The notes beneath the pieces were generated by a model. It had not been told where the DNA came from and searched no databases. It saw nothing but the letters and a program-made list of their open reading frames with translations. Positions 1 through 9,931 of a stretch of DNA of 51,740 bases are shown here, piece after piece. The translations under genes were made by a program, and so were the position numbers. Source of the stretch: a virus. Lineage: Duplodnaviria > Caudoviricetes. Every line of letters begins with the position of its first letter. Within the stretch, counting starts at the first letter, position 1. The DNA is taken from the IMG/VR virus record IMGVR_UViG_3300044940_000294, positions 1 through 51,740 of that record; one strand, given 5' to 3'.

Positions 1-65
1 GAGAGAAAGAAATCATAAAGTCGCTGGAGTTCGATTAATACAAAAAATAATGGAACATTATCCTT

Positions 66-188
66 ATGAAACTCTTGCGTGTCAAACAAATAGAGGACAA
101 CGAGGGCATGACATTAGTATCTGCGGGCGTAACAGCTAACTACCAAGACATTTTGAATTATGCAGTTTTTGCGTTAATAAAAAACTAG
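66..188 (+). pseudogene. C-terminal fragment of a DUF1599-family protein
   Basis: Manual translation MKLLRVKQIEDNEGMTLVSAGVTANYQDILNYAVFALIKN* resembles the conserved Bacteroidota DUF1599 C-terminus as I recall it. An in-frame TAA at 48-50 cuts off the N-terminal part. Confidence 0.6.
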
Positions 189-240
189 TAAAATATTGAT
201 TTTTTTGATAAAAAACATTACTTTTATCAAAAAAATCAAT

Positions 241-672
241 ATGATTGACCAAATCAAAGCTCTTAGAGTAACCTTAGATAAAATTATTACTTTGTCTAAA
301 GAGTTACCACCCACCCAACATTTTGCCAATGCTGCTAAACATATAGCAGATGGTCGTTCTTTATTAGGAACTTGTTTAGGAGAATTAGGACAAAATAACC
401 CCTATACACCTGCCAAAAACATTGCAGATATTCCACCACCAACGGACAAAGCCAATGAAGATGAGCAAGGCTTTTCGCTATTGCCTACTTTAGATAAGGT
501 AAACCTACTGCGCGATATGTTGCAAATCAAAATAGAGCAACTAAAAAATTTAGTCAAAACCTGCGACTTAGGCACTATAAATTTTTGTTTGAAACAAGCT
601 ATTTCGCATTTGCATTTAGCAAAGTTTCAACTTGGTTATCACTTAAAAGACTTACGCAATGGAAAGCAGTAA
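241..672 (+). CDS. hypothetical protein
   Basis: ORF with likely ATG at 241; overlaps the next gene of the baseplate operon. Confidence 0.6.
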   Translation: MIDQIKALRVTLDKIITLSKELPPTQHFANAAKHIADGRSLLGTCLGELGQNNPYTPAKNIADIPPPTDKANEDEQGFSLLPTLDKVNLLRDMLQIKIEQLKNLVKTCDLGTINFCLKQAISHLHLAKFQLGYHLKDLRNGKQ

Positions 673-1111
673 CAACGGACAATACTACATTATTGATGTG
701 GATAACCCTAAAGAACAACTACAATTCCAATTCATACCTTTTGAAATAAAGCACAATTCAAGTGGTAAAAATTCAACGGTAGAAATAGTAGGACGTAGCC
801 ACCCGAAAAGACATTATTTATCAGGGGACGAGGGTTTATCCTTGCAATTAGACTTCCACGCAACAGGCGATGAAATAGGTACAGTTAAGGACAAAGTTTT
901 TTGGTTAGTTGCTTTGAAAGGGAAAGATATCAAACTTATCTACGGTAATTTATACCAAAATATCGTGTGGGTCATTGAAAGACTCGATATTACTTGGAGA
1001 GAACAAGACCTTGAAAGAGGCTTACCACAAATAGCAAGTGTCAATGTTTCATTAGCAATCAACGCACAAAGAAGTATTACTACGGAACAAATAAGAAATA
1101 ACCAATGGTAG
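659..1111 (+). CDS. tail tube initiator / baseplate protein (P2 GpU / CIS-tube-like)
   Basis: FQFIP-EI...VGRSHP..HYLSG...LSLQLDF pattern; lies upstream of GpX-like and GpD-like genes. Confidence 0.65.
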   Translation: MESSNNGQYYIIDVDNPKEQLQFQFIPFEIKHNSSGKNSTVEIVGRSHPKRHYLSGDEGLSLQLDFHATGDEIGTVKDKVFWLVALKGKDIKLIYGNLYQNIVWVIERLDITWREQDLERGLPQIASVNVSLAINAQRSITTEQIRNNQW

Positions 1112-1422
1112 AACTTAAAGATAATAACCGTTTTGCAGGTGGCACAATCAAAACCTTTGCAGACGGTACTCAAATATTGGTAGCCCCCGATATAGCTACA
1201 CCAATAGCAAAAATCAAAGACTTTAACCTTACTACGGTTAAAGCAAGGCAGGATATTACGGCTATTTCTTACGGGCAATACAACAAAACGGTTAGTGATG
1301 CCTCTAAATATTATTGGTTATTGTGCGAAGCTAACAATATAAAAAAGCCGTGGGAGTTGGAAAATTTAGAAGGGGAGGAATTAGTAGTCCCCGACATTAT
1401 ACAATTTAAACTGAATAGATAA
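1105..1422 (+). CDS. baseplate wedge protein (LysM/GpX/gp53-like)
   Basis: DITAISYGQY...YYWLLCEANNIKKPWEL...GEELVVP LysM-like pattern; synteny. Confidence 0.7.
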   Translation: MVELKDNNRFAGGTIKTFADGTQILVAPDIATPIAKIKDFNLTTVKARQDITAISYGQYNKTVSDASKYYWLLCEANNIKKPWELENLEGEELVVPDIIQFKLNR

Positions 1423-1691
1423 TGGTCGCATTAATATTTATCGTATTCCTTGCATTAACCTTAGGGAGTATTTCATTTTTAGCCCAAGAGATATTTGCAG
1501 ATACGTTGCAAATTGGTTTTTATTGGACTAAATCTGAATACCAAACTTATACAGTAGGGTTTCAGTTAGAACATGGCAAAAATGGGTTGCCTAATGTAGG
1601 TAGCTTTAAGGCTAAAAACTACCGATATTATACGGTTAGTTGGTTATTATTTGTAGGCAAAGCAAGCATAAAAATAAGAATATTTGAGTAA
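1422..1691 (+). CDS. small protein with N-terminal hydrophobic helix
   Basis: Coupled start/stop overlaps on both sides; hydrophobic N-terminus. Confidence 0.55.
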   Translation: MVALIFIVFLALTLGSISFLAQEIFADTLQIGFYWTKSEYQTYTVGFQLEHGKNGLPNVGSFKAKNYRYYTVSWLLFVGKASIKIRIFE

Positions 1692-2878
1692 TGGCAAGAC
1701 AACCTTTTTATAGCGTATTAGTAGCCAAAGAAAACATTGATTTGGTAGAGAAATACGGCGTTGTTTCATTCACGTATGAGGAGAGCAACGGCAAAGATAA
1801 CTTATTGACTTTGCAGTTGAAAAACCAAAACCTTGAATTGCTTGATGAAAAATGGTTTGTTGAGGGTACGGAACTTACTTTTTTGTTTGGGTACAAAGGA
1901 GAAGAACAGAGTGAGCAGAAACAAGCTATTATAACAACCATAGAGCCGAGATACGGCTTAGATATATCTGTTACGATAAAAGCAACGGATAAGGGTAATT
2001 ACCTAAAAAAAGCTAATAATAACAAGGTTTGGAACGGGACAGCAACGGAAATAGCTAAGCAAATAGCAGGGCAGTATGATTTAGAGTTTGTTGGAGAAAT
2101 GACCACCAAAAAGTATGAAGAATACAGCCAAGGCAATTTGACAGATTTTGACTTTTTAAAAAAGTTAGCCACTGAAAATAATTTGCACTTTCACGTTTCC
2201 AACAACCAACTCTTTTTTAGAAAACGACAATTAGGGGCTAATTCAACAATTACCTATACATATAGGAACGGAAATGGGAAGCTAAAATCATTTGTGCCTA
2301 AAAGTAAGGGATTGCAAGACAACGGGTTAGGTGCAGGTGCTACATTTACAGCAATCAATCCTGACACCAATAAGGCAGAAACCGTAAAAGTTGATGGTAA
2401 TAAGGTAGATAATAACACCGCATTAGGTAATGTAAACAATTATTTTGACTTAAACGGTACTTTCAAGAACAAGGATAAAAACGAAACGACAAAGCAAGTA
2501 GTTGTACCTACGACTAATGACACCAATACGACTAAAAATAATTTGTCTAATAAGGTAGCTAATCAGCAGCTTTCCAACATGGAGGCAAGCATTAGTTTAG
2601 AAGGGGAGCCACAACTAAAAGAGGGCATGATTATTACGATTGCAGGGGTGGCTCAAAAACACGCAGGTAATTACTACGTGGAAACCGTAAGGCATACAAT
2701 TAGTAGCGGAGGATTTGAAACTACTGCAGAACTCAAAAAGAACGCAACTTTGAAACCAACTACTAACAATAGTAGTACCACAGGAACGGACAAAAATACA
2801 AGTACAGGAGGCAAAGAAGTGGCAGACAAAAAGTTAGTTAAAAATGTAAATTACAATAATGAGGGCAAAAAGGTATGA
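1691..2878 (+). CDS. baseplate hub protein (late control GpD / gp27-like)
   Basis: Q..LTDFDFLKKLA...GEPQLKEG..ITIAGV..KHAGNYYVETVRHTISSGGFETT motifs. Confidence 0.85.
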   Translation: MARQPFYSVLVAKENIDLVEKYGVVSFTYEESNGKDNLLTLQLKNQNLELLDEKWFVEGTELTFLFGYKGEEQSEQKQAIITTIEPRYGLDISVTIKATDKGNYLKKANNNKVWNGTATEIAKQIAGQYDLEFVGEMTTKKYEEYSQGNLTDFDFLKKLATENNLHFHVSNNQLFFRKRQLGANSTITYTYRNGNGKLKSFVPKSKGLQDNGLGAGATFTAINPDTNKAETVKVDGNKVDNNTALGNVNNYFDLNGTFKNKDKNETTKQVVVPTTNDTNTTKNNLSNKVANQQLSNMEASISLEGEPQLKEGMIITIAGVAQKHAGNYYVETVRHTISSGGFETTAELKKNATLKPTTNNSSTTGTDKNTSTGGKEVADKKLVKNVNYNNEGKKV

Positions 2879-3435
2879 CGGAAAGAGAATTGATAGAACA
2901 TTTACGGAACGGACTTTTGGAAAAGGCAGGGCTTTATTATTCACATTACACAGCAAAGGTGCTTGACAACAACGACCCTCAAAAGAGGGGTAGAATAAAG
3001 GTTGATTGTCCTACGATTTACAAGACCCCACCTAATAAGTGGATTTCCCAACGCAATAGCTTTGCTGGCAAAGGCATAGGATTTTTTGCAGTGCCTAATG
3101 TTGGTGATACGGTTGAATTGACATTTAGGAATGGTGATGTCAATTATCCTTTGTGGGAGTACAAAAGTTGGATTGAGGGCGAAGAAATTACAGAGGCAAC
3201 GGAAAACTACCCTGATTTAATAGTCATCAAAAAGGGTAATGTAGTCATAGAGTTGGACAGCAAAGAAGATAAGTTTTTGATTAGGGCAGGGTCGTACTCC
3301 TTGAATGATTTTATCAAGGAATTAATGCAAGCGTTGGTGAATGTCAAAACGGCTACCATGTTGGGACCGCAACCGTTTTTAAATTTGCCTGAATTTCAAG
3401 TAGTCAAACAAAAGATAGAACAAATTTTAAAATAA
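2875..3435 (+). CDS. baseplate spike protein (GpV / gp5 OB-fold)
   Basis: DNNDPQKRGRIKV...GFFAVPNVGDTVELTFRNGDVNYP. Confidence 0.85.
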   Translation: MTERELIEHLRNGLLEKAGLYYSHYTAKVLDNNDPQKRGRIKVDCPTIYKTPPNKWISQRNSFAGKGIGFFAVPNVGDTVELTFRNGDVNYPLWEYKSWIEGEEITEATENYPDLIVIKKGNVVIELDSKEDKFLIRAGSYSLNDFIKELMQALVNVKTATMLGPQPFLNLPEFQVVKQKIEQILK

Positions 3436-3439
3436 AAAT

Positions 3440-3679
3440 ATGCCATTAGATCCATTAATTTTAGGTATAAACCTAACAAATGCAAGGGTAAACGCCTATT
3501 ATCAACAGACCTCTGTTCCGCTTACCCCCGAACAGTACAATGTCATTCAATCAACAGCCTTTGCAGAGGCAAATGCTATTTATGCGTGGATTTTGACCGC
3601 GACGGTAAATTCTATTGTAACAGCAACTATTACAGCACCGCCAAATGTATCAGGAACAGCCGTAGGCGTAATCACATAA
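3440..3679 (+). CDS. small virion protein, possible spike tip
   Basis: 79 aa between spike and gp25 genes; Thr/Ala/Val-rich C-terminus. Confidence 0.5.
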   Translation: MPLDPLILGINLTNARVNAYYQQTSVPLTPEQYNVIQSTAFAEANAIYAWILTATVNSIVTATITAPPNVSGTAVGVIT

Positions 3680-3683
3680 GACT

Positions 3684-4064
3684 ATGATAGACATTTTAGG
3701 AACAAATTTAGCATTCCCTTTGGTGCTTGATGACAAAGGAGAATTGGAATTGGTAAGTGGTGCAGAAGGCATCAAGCAAGACATTATAGACATCTTGACC
3801 ACTAAATTAGGAACACGACCCTTTTTAGGACAATATGGTTCACGCATACATGAATTGCGAAACATTTTGAACGCAAATATTTTACGTTCAATAGCGACCT
3901 CGTATATTTACGAGGCTTTGCTACAAGAAAAACGCATACGGTTTAATAGTGTGGAGATAGAACAGCAAGATAGTAGGTTTTCGGCAGTTGTCTATTACAC
4001 CATTATAGCAAGTACCAAGACGGACAGCGTAATTGTTCCGTTTTACAACGAAATACCTGCGTAG
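3684..4064 (+). CDS. baseplate wedge / sheath initiator (GpW/gp25 family)
   Basis: IKQDIIDILTTKLGTRPFLGQYGSRI...EKRI. Confidence 0.9.
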   Translation: MIDILGTNLAFPLVLDDKGELELVSGAEGIKQDIIDILTTKLGTRPFLGQYGSRIHELRNILNANILRSIATSYIYEALLQEKRIRFNSVEIEQQDSRFSAVVYYTIIASTKTDSVIVPFYNEIPA

Positions 4065-4071
4065 TACATTT

Positions 4072-4291
4072 TGTTGCAAATTTGTAACATTATGCGTTTT
4101 AAACCTACTTAAGTAATTAGTAATCAAATAATTAGAAAATACTGTTACATTTTCACGAACAATGTAAGATTATTATTCAGTACCTCAAAAAAGCCTTTAT
4201 ATTGTTAAATAAAGGCTTTTTACATTTAAAATACCTTTAAATGCTTGCTTTTTTTTGTTGCAAATTGCTACTTTGTTACAAATTTGTAGCA
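4072..4291. other. putative attP region
   Basis: Near-palindromes TGTTGCAAATTTGTAACA (4072-4089) and TGTTACAAATTTGTAGCA (4274-4291); further TGTT(G/A)CA copies near 4143 and 4256; IHF-consensus site 4122-4134; hairpin near 4188-4221; directly upstream of the integrase. Confidence 0.6.
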
Positions 4292-4295
4292 AATA

Positions 4296-5411
4296 ATGAG
4301 TACAAAAACAATCACGATTAGAGAACGTAAAGGCAAAAAAGGAGTAACCCTTGTATTGGATATTTACGAAGATGGGCAAAGGTATTTTGAAACTTTGAAA
4401 GATGACCAAGGACAAACCTTGAAAATCTTTGAAAACCCTAAAAGTACAGAAGAACGGCAACATAATAAACTTATCCGCCAATATGCACAAACTATTAAAG
4501 CCAAAAGAGAGGCAGAACTCTTGACAGGCAATTACAGTGTAAAGGCAAAGGAGAACTTCAATAAGGCAGACTTTTTGGCTTTTATTTTGTTGGTGGCAGA
4601 ACAGAAAAACAGTAAGGAACTCTACCATCAATTACATATTTTCCTCAAAAAAAGGCAACCTATTATTACTTTTCAAGACATCAATAAGGTAGAGTTCTTA
4701 GAAAAGGTTAAAAGTTGGCTATTAGCCGACTTAAAACAGAGTAGTGCAAAGACTTATTACAACTTGCTTTGCCACGTATTAAGAATAGCACACAAAAAAG
4801 GCATTATCAACACCAATAACATAGAGAAAGTAGAGAGCATAAAAAGCCCTCCAAAGGTGTTAAAGTATTTGGAATTAGATGAACTAAAGCAACTTTTTAG
4901 CACACCACCGCCCAAATCAAAGTATGATGTAAAGACAATTTGCTTGTTTGCTTTTTATACCTTGTTGCGTGTATCGGATATTTACAGCCTTAAATGGAAA
5001 AATATTGTTAAGATAGGTGGTAGTTGGTACATTCAAAAGAACATTCAGAAAATCCAATCTGAAAAAATTATAGCCTTGAACGAACAAGCTGTTAGTTTAT
5101 TACCCGAAAGAGGGCAAGATGATGATTATGTATTTAATCTATTTCAACACAAGTTTAAAAAAGTACATAACTTTGGCATTACGATGGATGGACTAATTCG
5201 TAAGTGGGCTAAAAGTGCAGGGCTTACGAAAAAGGTAAGTATGCACACTTTTCGGCATAGTGGGGCTACGGCAATGGTTACGGCAGGTGTGGACATTTAC
5301 ACTATAAGCAAACAACTCACGCATAGTTCTATTGCGACTTCGCAAATCTACGCACAAGTTGTTCTGGATAAACAGAAAGAGGCGGCCAACAAAATGCCAA
5401 AGGTTTTTTAA
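4296..5411 (+). CDS. int: tyrosine integrase (Arm/SAM-domain type)
   Basis: N-terminal arm-binding LVLDIY..G.R..E.L; catalytic R (LRVSD), HTFRH, LTHSS, QIYA. Confidence 0.92.
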   Translation: MSTKTITIRERKGKKGVTLVLDIYEDGQRYFETLKDDQGQTLKIFENPKSTEERQHNKLIRQYAQTIKAKREAELLTGNYSVKAKENFNKADFLAFILLVAEQKNSKELYHQLHIFLKKRQPIITFQDINKVEFLEKVKSWLLADLKQSSAKTYYNLLCHVLRIAHKKGIINTNNIEKVESIKSPPKVLKYLELDELKQLFSTPPPKSKYDVKTICLFAFYTLLRVSDIYSLKWKNIVKIGGSWYIQKNIQKIQSEKIIALNEQAVSLLPERGQDDDYVFNLFQHKFKKVHNFGITMDGLIRKWAKSAGLTKKVSMHTFRHSGATAMVTAGVDIYTISKQLTHSSIATSQIYAQVVLDKQKEAANKMPKVF

Positions 5412-6202
5412 ACAGCTACTTTTGCTTTAATAGCGGGGTGTGGTCCGTAATTCAAAAACTGAATGTCCTCGTAAGTAAAGGCGAAAATGTCTTTTACTGC
5501 GGGGTTCAGTTGTAATGTAGGCAATGGCTTTGGCTCTCTACTTAACTGCAAATGAGCTTGTTCTAAGTGGTTCAAGTATAAATGAGCATCTCCCAACGTA
5601 TGCACAAATTCGCCAACTTGTAAGCTACAAACCTGTGCTACCATGTGGGTAAGCAAGGCGTAACTTGCTATGTTAAAGGGTACACCCAAAAATACATCTG
5701 CACTTCGTTGGTACAGCATACAAGACAATTTGCCTTCTGCCACGTAGAATTGGAACAAGACATGACACGGGGGCAAAGCCATTGTATTGATGTCTGCCAC
5801 ATTCCACGCTGACACTATCAAACGTCTTGAATCGGGGTTGCTTTTGATTTGGTTAATGACTTGACTAATCTGGTCTATGCTTTGTCCGTTAGGTGTTTCC
5901 CAACTCCGCCACTGATAACCGTACACTTTGCCCAAGTTGCCGTTTGCGTCTGCCCACTTGTCCCAAATAGAAACACCGTTGTCTTTCAAGTATTTAATAT
6001 TGGTTTCACCTTGCAAGAACCAAAGCAACTCGTGAACAATAGATTTAGTATGCAGCTTTTTTGTAGTAACCAACGGAAACCCTTGAGCCAAGTCAAAACG
6101 CATTTGGTAGCCAAAAATGCTTTTTGTGCCTGTGCCTGTACGGTCTGTTTTGGGTACTCCTTCATTTAATATTTTTTGGAGTAATTCGTGGTATTGGTGC
6201 AT
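5408..6202 (-). CDS. thyA: thymidylate synthase
   Basis: [31 protein letters not shown]; 264 aa. Confidence 0.98.
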   Translation of the reverse strand: MHQYHELLQKILNEGVPKTDRTGTGTKSIFGYQMRFDLAQGFPLVTTKKLHTKSIVHELLWFLQGETNIKYLKDNGVSIWDKWADANGNLGKVYGYQWRSWETPNGQSIDQISQVINQIKSNPDSRRLIVSAWNVADINTMALPPCHVLFQFYVAEGKLSCMLYQRSADVFLGVPFNIASYALLTHMVAQVCSLQVGEFVHTLGDAHLYLNHLEQAHLQLSREPKPLPTLQLNPAVKDIFAFTYEDIQFLNYGPHPAIKAKVAV

Positions 6203-6272
6203 AAATTTATTTTATTGACAATATAAAAAGTACGAAAAAACTTTCGCAAATAGAAGCCCGAACCGCTAACAA

Positions 6273-6476
6273 TTATTTTTCCCCAAAACTCAAAAACTCT
6301 ATTACAGACATCCCAAAAATGTCTGCAATCTTGTAAAGGTTAGCCACACTGAAAGAGACCAATCCCGCCTCCCAATTACCGTAAGTATTGGTAGATACTT
6401 TCAGTTTTTCAGATACTTCCTTTTGTGACATCTTTCGCATCGCCCTAAGAACCCTTAGTTTTTCGTGTACTTTCAT
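6273..6476 (-). CDS. XRE-family helix-turn-helix regulator (Cro-like)
   Basis: LRVLR...MSQKEVSEKLKVSTNTYGNWEAG. Confidence 0.88.
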   Translation of the reverse strand: MKVHEKLRVLRAMRKMSQKEVSEKLKVSTNTYGNWEAGLVSFSVANLYKIADIFGMSVIEFLSFGEK

Positions 6477-6526
6477 ACGTCTTTAAAATTTTTTTAGTGT
6501 ACCTATGTGCTTGCATATACGTAGCA

Positions 6527-6552
6527 ATAAGGCGTAATTGCTTACGCCTTAT
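6527..6552. terminator. stem-loop downstream of ssb
   Basis: ATAAGGCGTAA-TTGC-TTACGCCTTAT, 11-bp perfect stem. Confidence 0.55.
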
Positions 6553-6568
6553 ATTTTATATTTTAGTT

Positions 6569-7027
6569 TTAGAAAGGTAAATCCTCGTCTGCTATTGGTG
6601 GCGGTGTATCATTGGCAGGAGCATTGTTCGTTATATTACCATAAGATTTATCCTTTGCCATTGGCGGTTCTGTAGGCGGAGGCACATGATTACCACCACC
6701 TTCGGGTCTATTCAACATTTTCATTTCATCTACAACAACTTCTGTTATGTACTTTGTCGTGCCGTCTTGTGCCTGATACGACCTTGTTTGTAGTTTGCCT
6801 TCTATATATATCAAAGACCCTTTTTTAAGGTATTTTTCAGCCACTTCTGCCAAGCCCCGCCAAATCACAATATTATGCCATTCGGTTTTGTCTTGCACAT
6901 TTCCTTCTTTGTCTTTGTATCTCTCATTAGTGGCTATAGAGAAAGTAGCTACAGGAATACCTGCCTCTGTTCTACGGACAACAGGGTCTTTGCCCAAATA
7001 TCCCATTAATATTACTTTGTTTACCAT
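6569..7027 (-). CDS. ssb: single-stranded DNA-binding protein
   Basis: VNKVILMGYLGKDP...TEWHNIV; acidic tail DEDLPF. Confidence 0.97.
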   Translation of the reverse strand: MVNKVILMGYLGKDPVVRRTEAGIPVATFSIATNERYKDKEGNVQDKTEWHNIVIWRGLAEVAEKYLKKGSLIYIEGKLQTRSYQAQDGTTKYITEVVVDEMKMLNRPEGGGNHVPPPTEPPMAKDKSYGNITNNAPANDTPPPIADEDLPF

Positions 7028-7062
7028 TGTGTATATTGTTTAATAATTTGTAAAGGTATTAA

Positions 7063-7087
7063 CTTTATTTGATATTTAAAAATAAAG
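7063..7087. promoter_or_regulatory. palindromic operator/promoter element (perfect copy) upstream of ssb
   Basis: CTTTATTT-GATATTTAA-AAATAAAG; minus-strand TACCTTTA box 4 bp away. Confidence 0.7.
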
Positions 7088-7130
7088 ATAAAATATTAAT
7101 AAAATTAATATTCTATCTCGTACTGTTAAA

Positions 7131-8159
7131 TCAAACAATAACAGCTCTTTGTTGGGCTGCAATAGCCTCGTTAATACTTTGTAGTTGTGATTCAGTCAAA
7201 ATGTAACGTGGCAATGACTTTTTCACGACTTCCACCTTACCTTGTTCAATAAAACTTTTCATGTTTATTAAAGTTTCATTACTCATTGGTGTGCGCATAT
7301 CTTCAAATTTTCTGTTGTAAACAGCCAAAACTTCTGCTGTTTTACAGCTGTCGTTTATGTTTTTCCAAACACTTGCCAACTCATTGTGGTTTGTTGCAAG
7401 ATTTAGCTCGTTAATAGCTACCTCAATAGGATTTTGCCCTTTGTTAGCCCAATCAACAAGCATCTTGCCAACCTCTTCGGTCAAAAGAAACCCATCTTGT
7501 CCATCAAATAAACCACTACGGTCTTTTGAGGCTTTCGCAATATGGTTTTCCAAGTAAATTTCAAAGTTTATAGTTAGTTCGTATTCGTACCCCTCCCTTG
7601 TAATCTCTTTTGTCCCTACTTTTTGTGGTTTACTTTTCCCTGTGTTTTCATCTTTTATTAGTTCATAATCCTGCTTACGCCTTGACGTCGTAATGACGTG
7701 GCATTTAGATTGCAAGATTTTTTGAATAAATTTATTGTGTCTTGGCGTAACTTTCGCCCAAGCCGTATAAGAGTTTTTACCAGCCTCTTTTTCAGCTTGT
7801 TCTTTGTGTATCTCTAATACACCGCCTTCGCCCTCCCATTCATGAGATATGCTGTCTATTATAATGACCTCCATTCCTGCGTCTTCACACACCTTAATAG
7901 CCTGTATATACCTTTCAGGCGTAAAAGGTGGTTGTAAACAGAGAACTTTGTAATCTCCTAATTTTTCGCAGTACAACGCCGCACTTTCGTTTTCTGTATC
8001 TATTACTGCAATCTTGTCCCAATCATTGCAGATACCATTTGCAACTCGCAAAGCCGAATAGGTTTTTCCAAACCCTGAAGCCCCAGATATTCCTATCCGT
8101 AGCTTAACTTGCTTCCTCGCTTCGGTTGCTTTTTTTAAAATTAATCCGTTGTTACTCAT
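7131..8159 (-). CDS. AAA_24 / Sak4-like recombinase ATPase
   Basis: Walker A GASGFGKT, Walker B IIIDSISHEW; adjacent to ssb. Confidence 0.85.
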   Translation of the reverse strand: MSNNGLILKKATEARKQVKLRIGISGASGFGKTYSALRVANGICNDWDKIAVIDTENESAALYCEKLGDYKVLCLQPPFTPERYIQAIKVCEDAGMEVIIIDSISHEWEGEGGVLEIHKEQAEKEAGKNSYTAWAKVTPRHNKFIQKILQSKCHVITTSRRKQDYELIKDENTGKSKPQKVGTKEITREGYEYELTINFEIYLENHIAKASKDRSGLFDGQDGFLLTEEVGKMLVDWANKGQNPIEVAINELNLATNHNELASVWKNINDSCKTAEVLAVYNRKFEDMRTPMSNETLINMKSFIEQGKVEVVKKSLPRYILTESQLQSINEAIAAQQRAVIV

Positions 8160-8643
8160 TTTTCCAAGAAATTTTAATTGTGTCTTTTGTGTAAGGAATT
8201 GCTGGCGTAACAGTGTACGTTTCGCCTGTTGTTGTGTCTATTTCTACCATGCCCTCAACACCTTTGAGGCTGTTTGGTGCGAATTTTAGTATCTTCTCTC
8301 TGTTCTTTCGCAGAGTCGCAATGTCCGTTTCTCTCTGTTTTAAGCCCTGCCAAATACTGTCGTGGCTGTAGTCGTAAGTAGTGCTTACGCCTTTATCAAC
8401 TTTTGCAAATGCAAAATGATAGTTAGCGGGATTTCCGTATTTGTCTAACTCCCTAAGTGCCAATTCCTCCAACTGTTCGGGGGGCGATATTTGTCCGAAC
8501 ATTCGCAATGCTGCAAACACTTTTAGTGGGTCTTCGTGTCCGTCCTCGCAATCTTGTGTAATCTCCGCCAAAATTGCCTCAAAGTCTTTACGACTTGTTT
8601 GTAACAAGTCGTAAAGTGTTTTTAAGAGTGTTTCCTTAGTCAT
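8152..8643 (-). CDS. hypothetical phage protein in recombination operon
   Basis: ORF overlapping neighbours; likely start MTKET at 8643. Confidence 0.7.
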   Translation of the reverse strand: MTKETLLKTLYDLLQTSRKDFEAILAEITQDCEDGHEDPLKVFAALRMFGQISPPEQLEELALRELDKYGNPANYHFAFAKVDKGVSTTYDYSHDSIWQGLKQRETDIATLRKNREKILKFAPNSLKGVEGMVEIDTTTGETYTVTPAIPYTKDTIKISWKNE

Positions 8644-9091
8644 TTGAAAGAACAATAAAACGGTTAATACAATGCGTGTAACTCTCTCTTATTTTACCAT
8701 TGTCATTTTTAAACTTCATACAATAGTAATCTTGTTTTTCGTTTACCGTTTTCACGTATTCCAGCGACTCGTTTGTTGTTTTGTGAAAGAATTTGAAACC
8801 CAAACTAAGTAATTGGTTTACAATTTCGTTTATACAATCCATGTCAGCATTTTCAATCATTTCATACGCCTCTGCTACTGTAATTGTAAGTTGTTTAGGT
8901 TCTTTTTGCTTTGCTTTTTGGTTTTTAAAAGCTAAATCAAATTGACATTCGAAGCCCTCTGCTGTTCCTTTCCAAGTTTTCAAGGCTGTTTCTTTAACCT
9001 CCCCCAAAGCCTCAACAATAGGCGTGTTATTCTTTACAAGGTCTCTAAAGTGTTTTTGCCACACTTTTCTTAATTCTTTCGATTTGTTCAT
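8636..9091 (-). CDS. hypothetical protein
   Basis: Likely start MNKSK at 9091, after the shared AATAACAATAA leader and a TATATTTG box (9153-9160, minus strand). Confidence 0.65.
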   Translation of the reverse strand: MNKSKELRKVWQKHFRDLVKNNTPIVEALGEVKETALKTWKGTAEGFECQFDLAFKNQKAKQKEPKQLTITVAEAYEMIENADMDCINEIVNQLLSLGFKFFHKTTNESLEYVKTVNEKQDYYCMKFKNDNGKIRESYTHCINRFIVLSND

Positions 9092-9152
9092 AAAAAGTAG
9101 TAAGTTATTATTGTTATTAATGTTATTAATTGTCATTGCCTTAATGACACTA

Positions 9153-9267
9153 CAAATATACACTTATATTTTTAATATGCAAAATAAAGCTATAAATATT
9201 TTAAATATTTTTTATCAAAAAAACTAATAGCTTTATTTGTAAATTCAAAAATAAGTACGTATGTTTG
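9153..9267. promoter_or_regulatory. divergent promoter pair with two palindrome copies
   Basis: -7 boxes TATATTTG (minus, 9153-9160) and TATGTTTG (plus, 9260-9267), each 4 bp from a variant palindrome (9165-9189, 9231-9255). Confidence 0.7.
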
Positions 9268-9305
9268 TATTGTCAATAACGACAATAACAATAATACTTA
9301 CTAAC

Positions 9306-9842
9306 ATGAATAATCAAATTGAAAAGTACCAAGAGAACCATATAGGTGTATGGTACAAATTAGTAGGAAACGAAAAGGTTTTTTGCTTACCACACGACTG
9401 TTTAGAACACAATATTTGTCATCAAGAATTAGTTTACAAAGGTTCAGGTAAGCAAATAGGCAAAGCAAGGCATGATGACGACATCTATTATGATGAGGAC
9501 GAATATGAAGACGGAGAACGCAAAGAATGGGACGAATTGGAAGTTGAGGAACAAATTGAAGTAATACTACAAAATCATTATGGAGACAGCGAATACGCAG
9601 ACGAGAACAGTGCTTACAATCCATTCAAAAGTGAATATTCCCTTTGGGTTCTCAAATTTACTTGGGAACAAGGAACAGAAACACAGACGGTAAACGCCAA
9701 AACTTTAAGTGAGGCAAAAGACATAGTAAGGGCTAAATACGGTGAGATTTGGAATATATACGATATGACAAACGAACCGACAGAAGATTGGGCTTTTGAA
9801 GTTGCAATGAATAGAGAAAAAGAAATGCAGCATTGCGAATAA
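9306..9842 (+). CDS. acidic hypothetical protein
   Basis: ORF after promoter and leader motif; ATG at 9306. Confidence 0.7.
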   Translation: MNNQIEKYQENHIGVWYKLVGNEKVFCLPHDCLEHNICHQELVYKGSGKQIGKARHDDDIYYDEDEYEDGERKEWDELEVEEQIEVILQNHYGDSEYADENSAYNPFKSEYSLWVLKFTWEQGTETQTVNAKTLSEAKDIVRAKYGEIWNIYDMTNEPTEDWAFEVAMNREKEMQHCE

Positions 9843-9860
9843 AAAAAAATTTAAAATAGT

Positions 9861-9902
9861 AGTAACTTTATTTTGTAATTTAAAATAAAGTTACTACATT
9901 TG
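9861..9902 (+). promoter_or_regulatory. palindrome plus -7 promoter box
   Basis: AGTAACTTTATTTT...AAAATAAAGTTACT inverted repeat followed by TACATTTG (9895-9902). Confidence 0.75.
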
Positions 9903-9931
9903 TAAATCAAATAACAATAACACTTACTACA

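Noticed and set aside
659-4064. Extracellular contractile injection system or T6SS locus
   Set aside because: Capsid, portal, terminase, integrase and replication genes are present, so this is a phage tail
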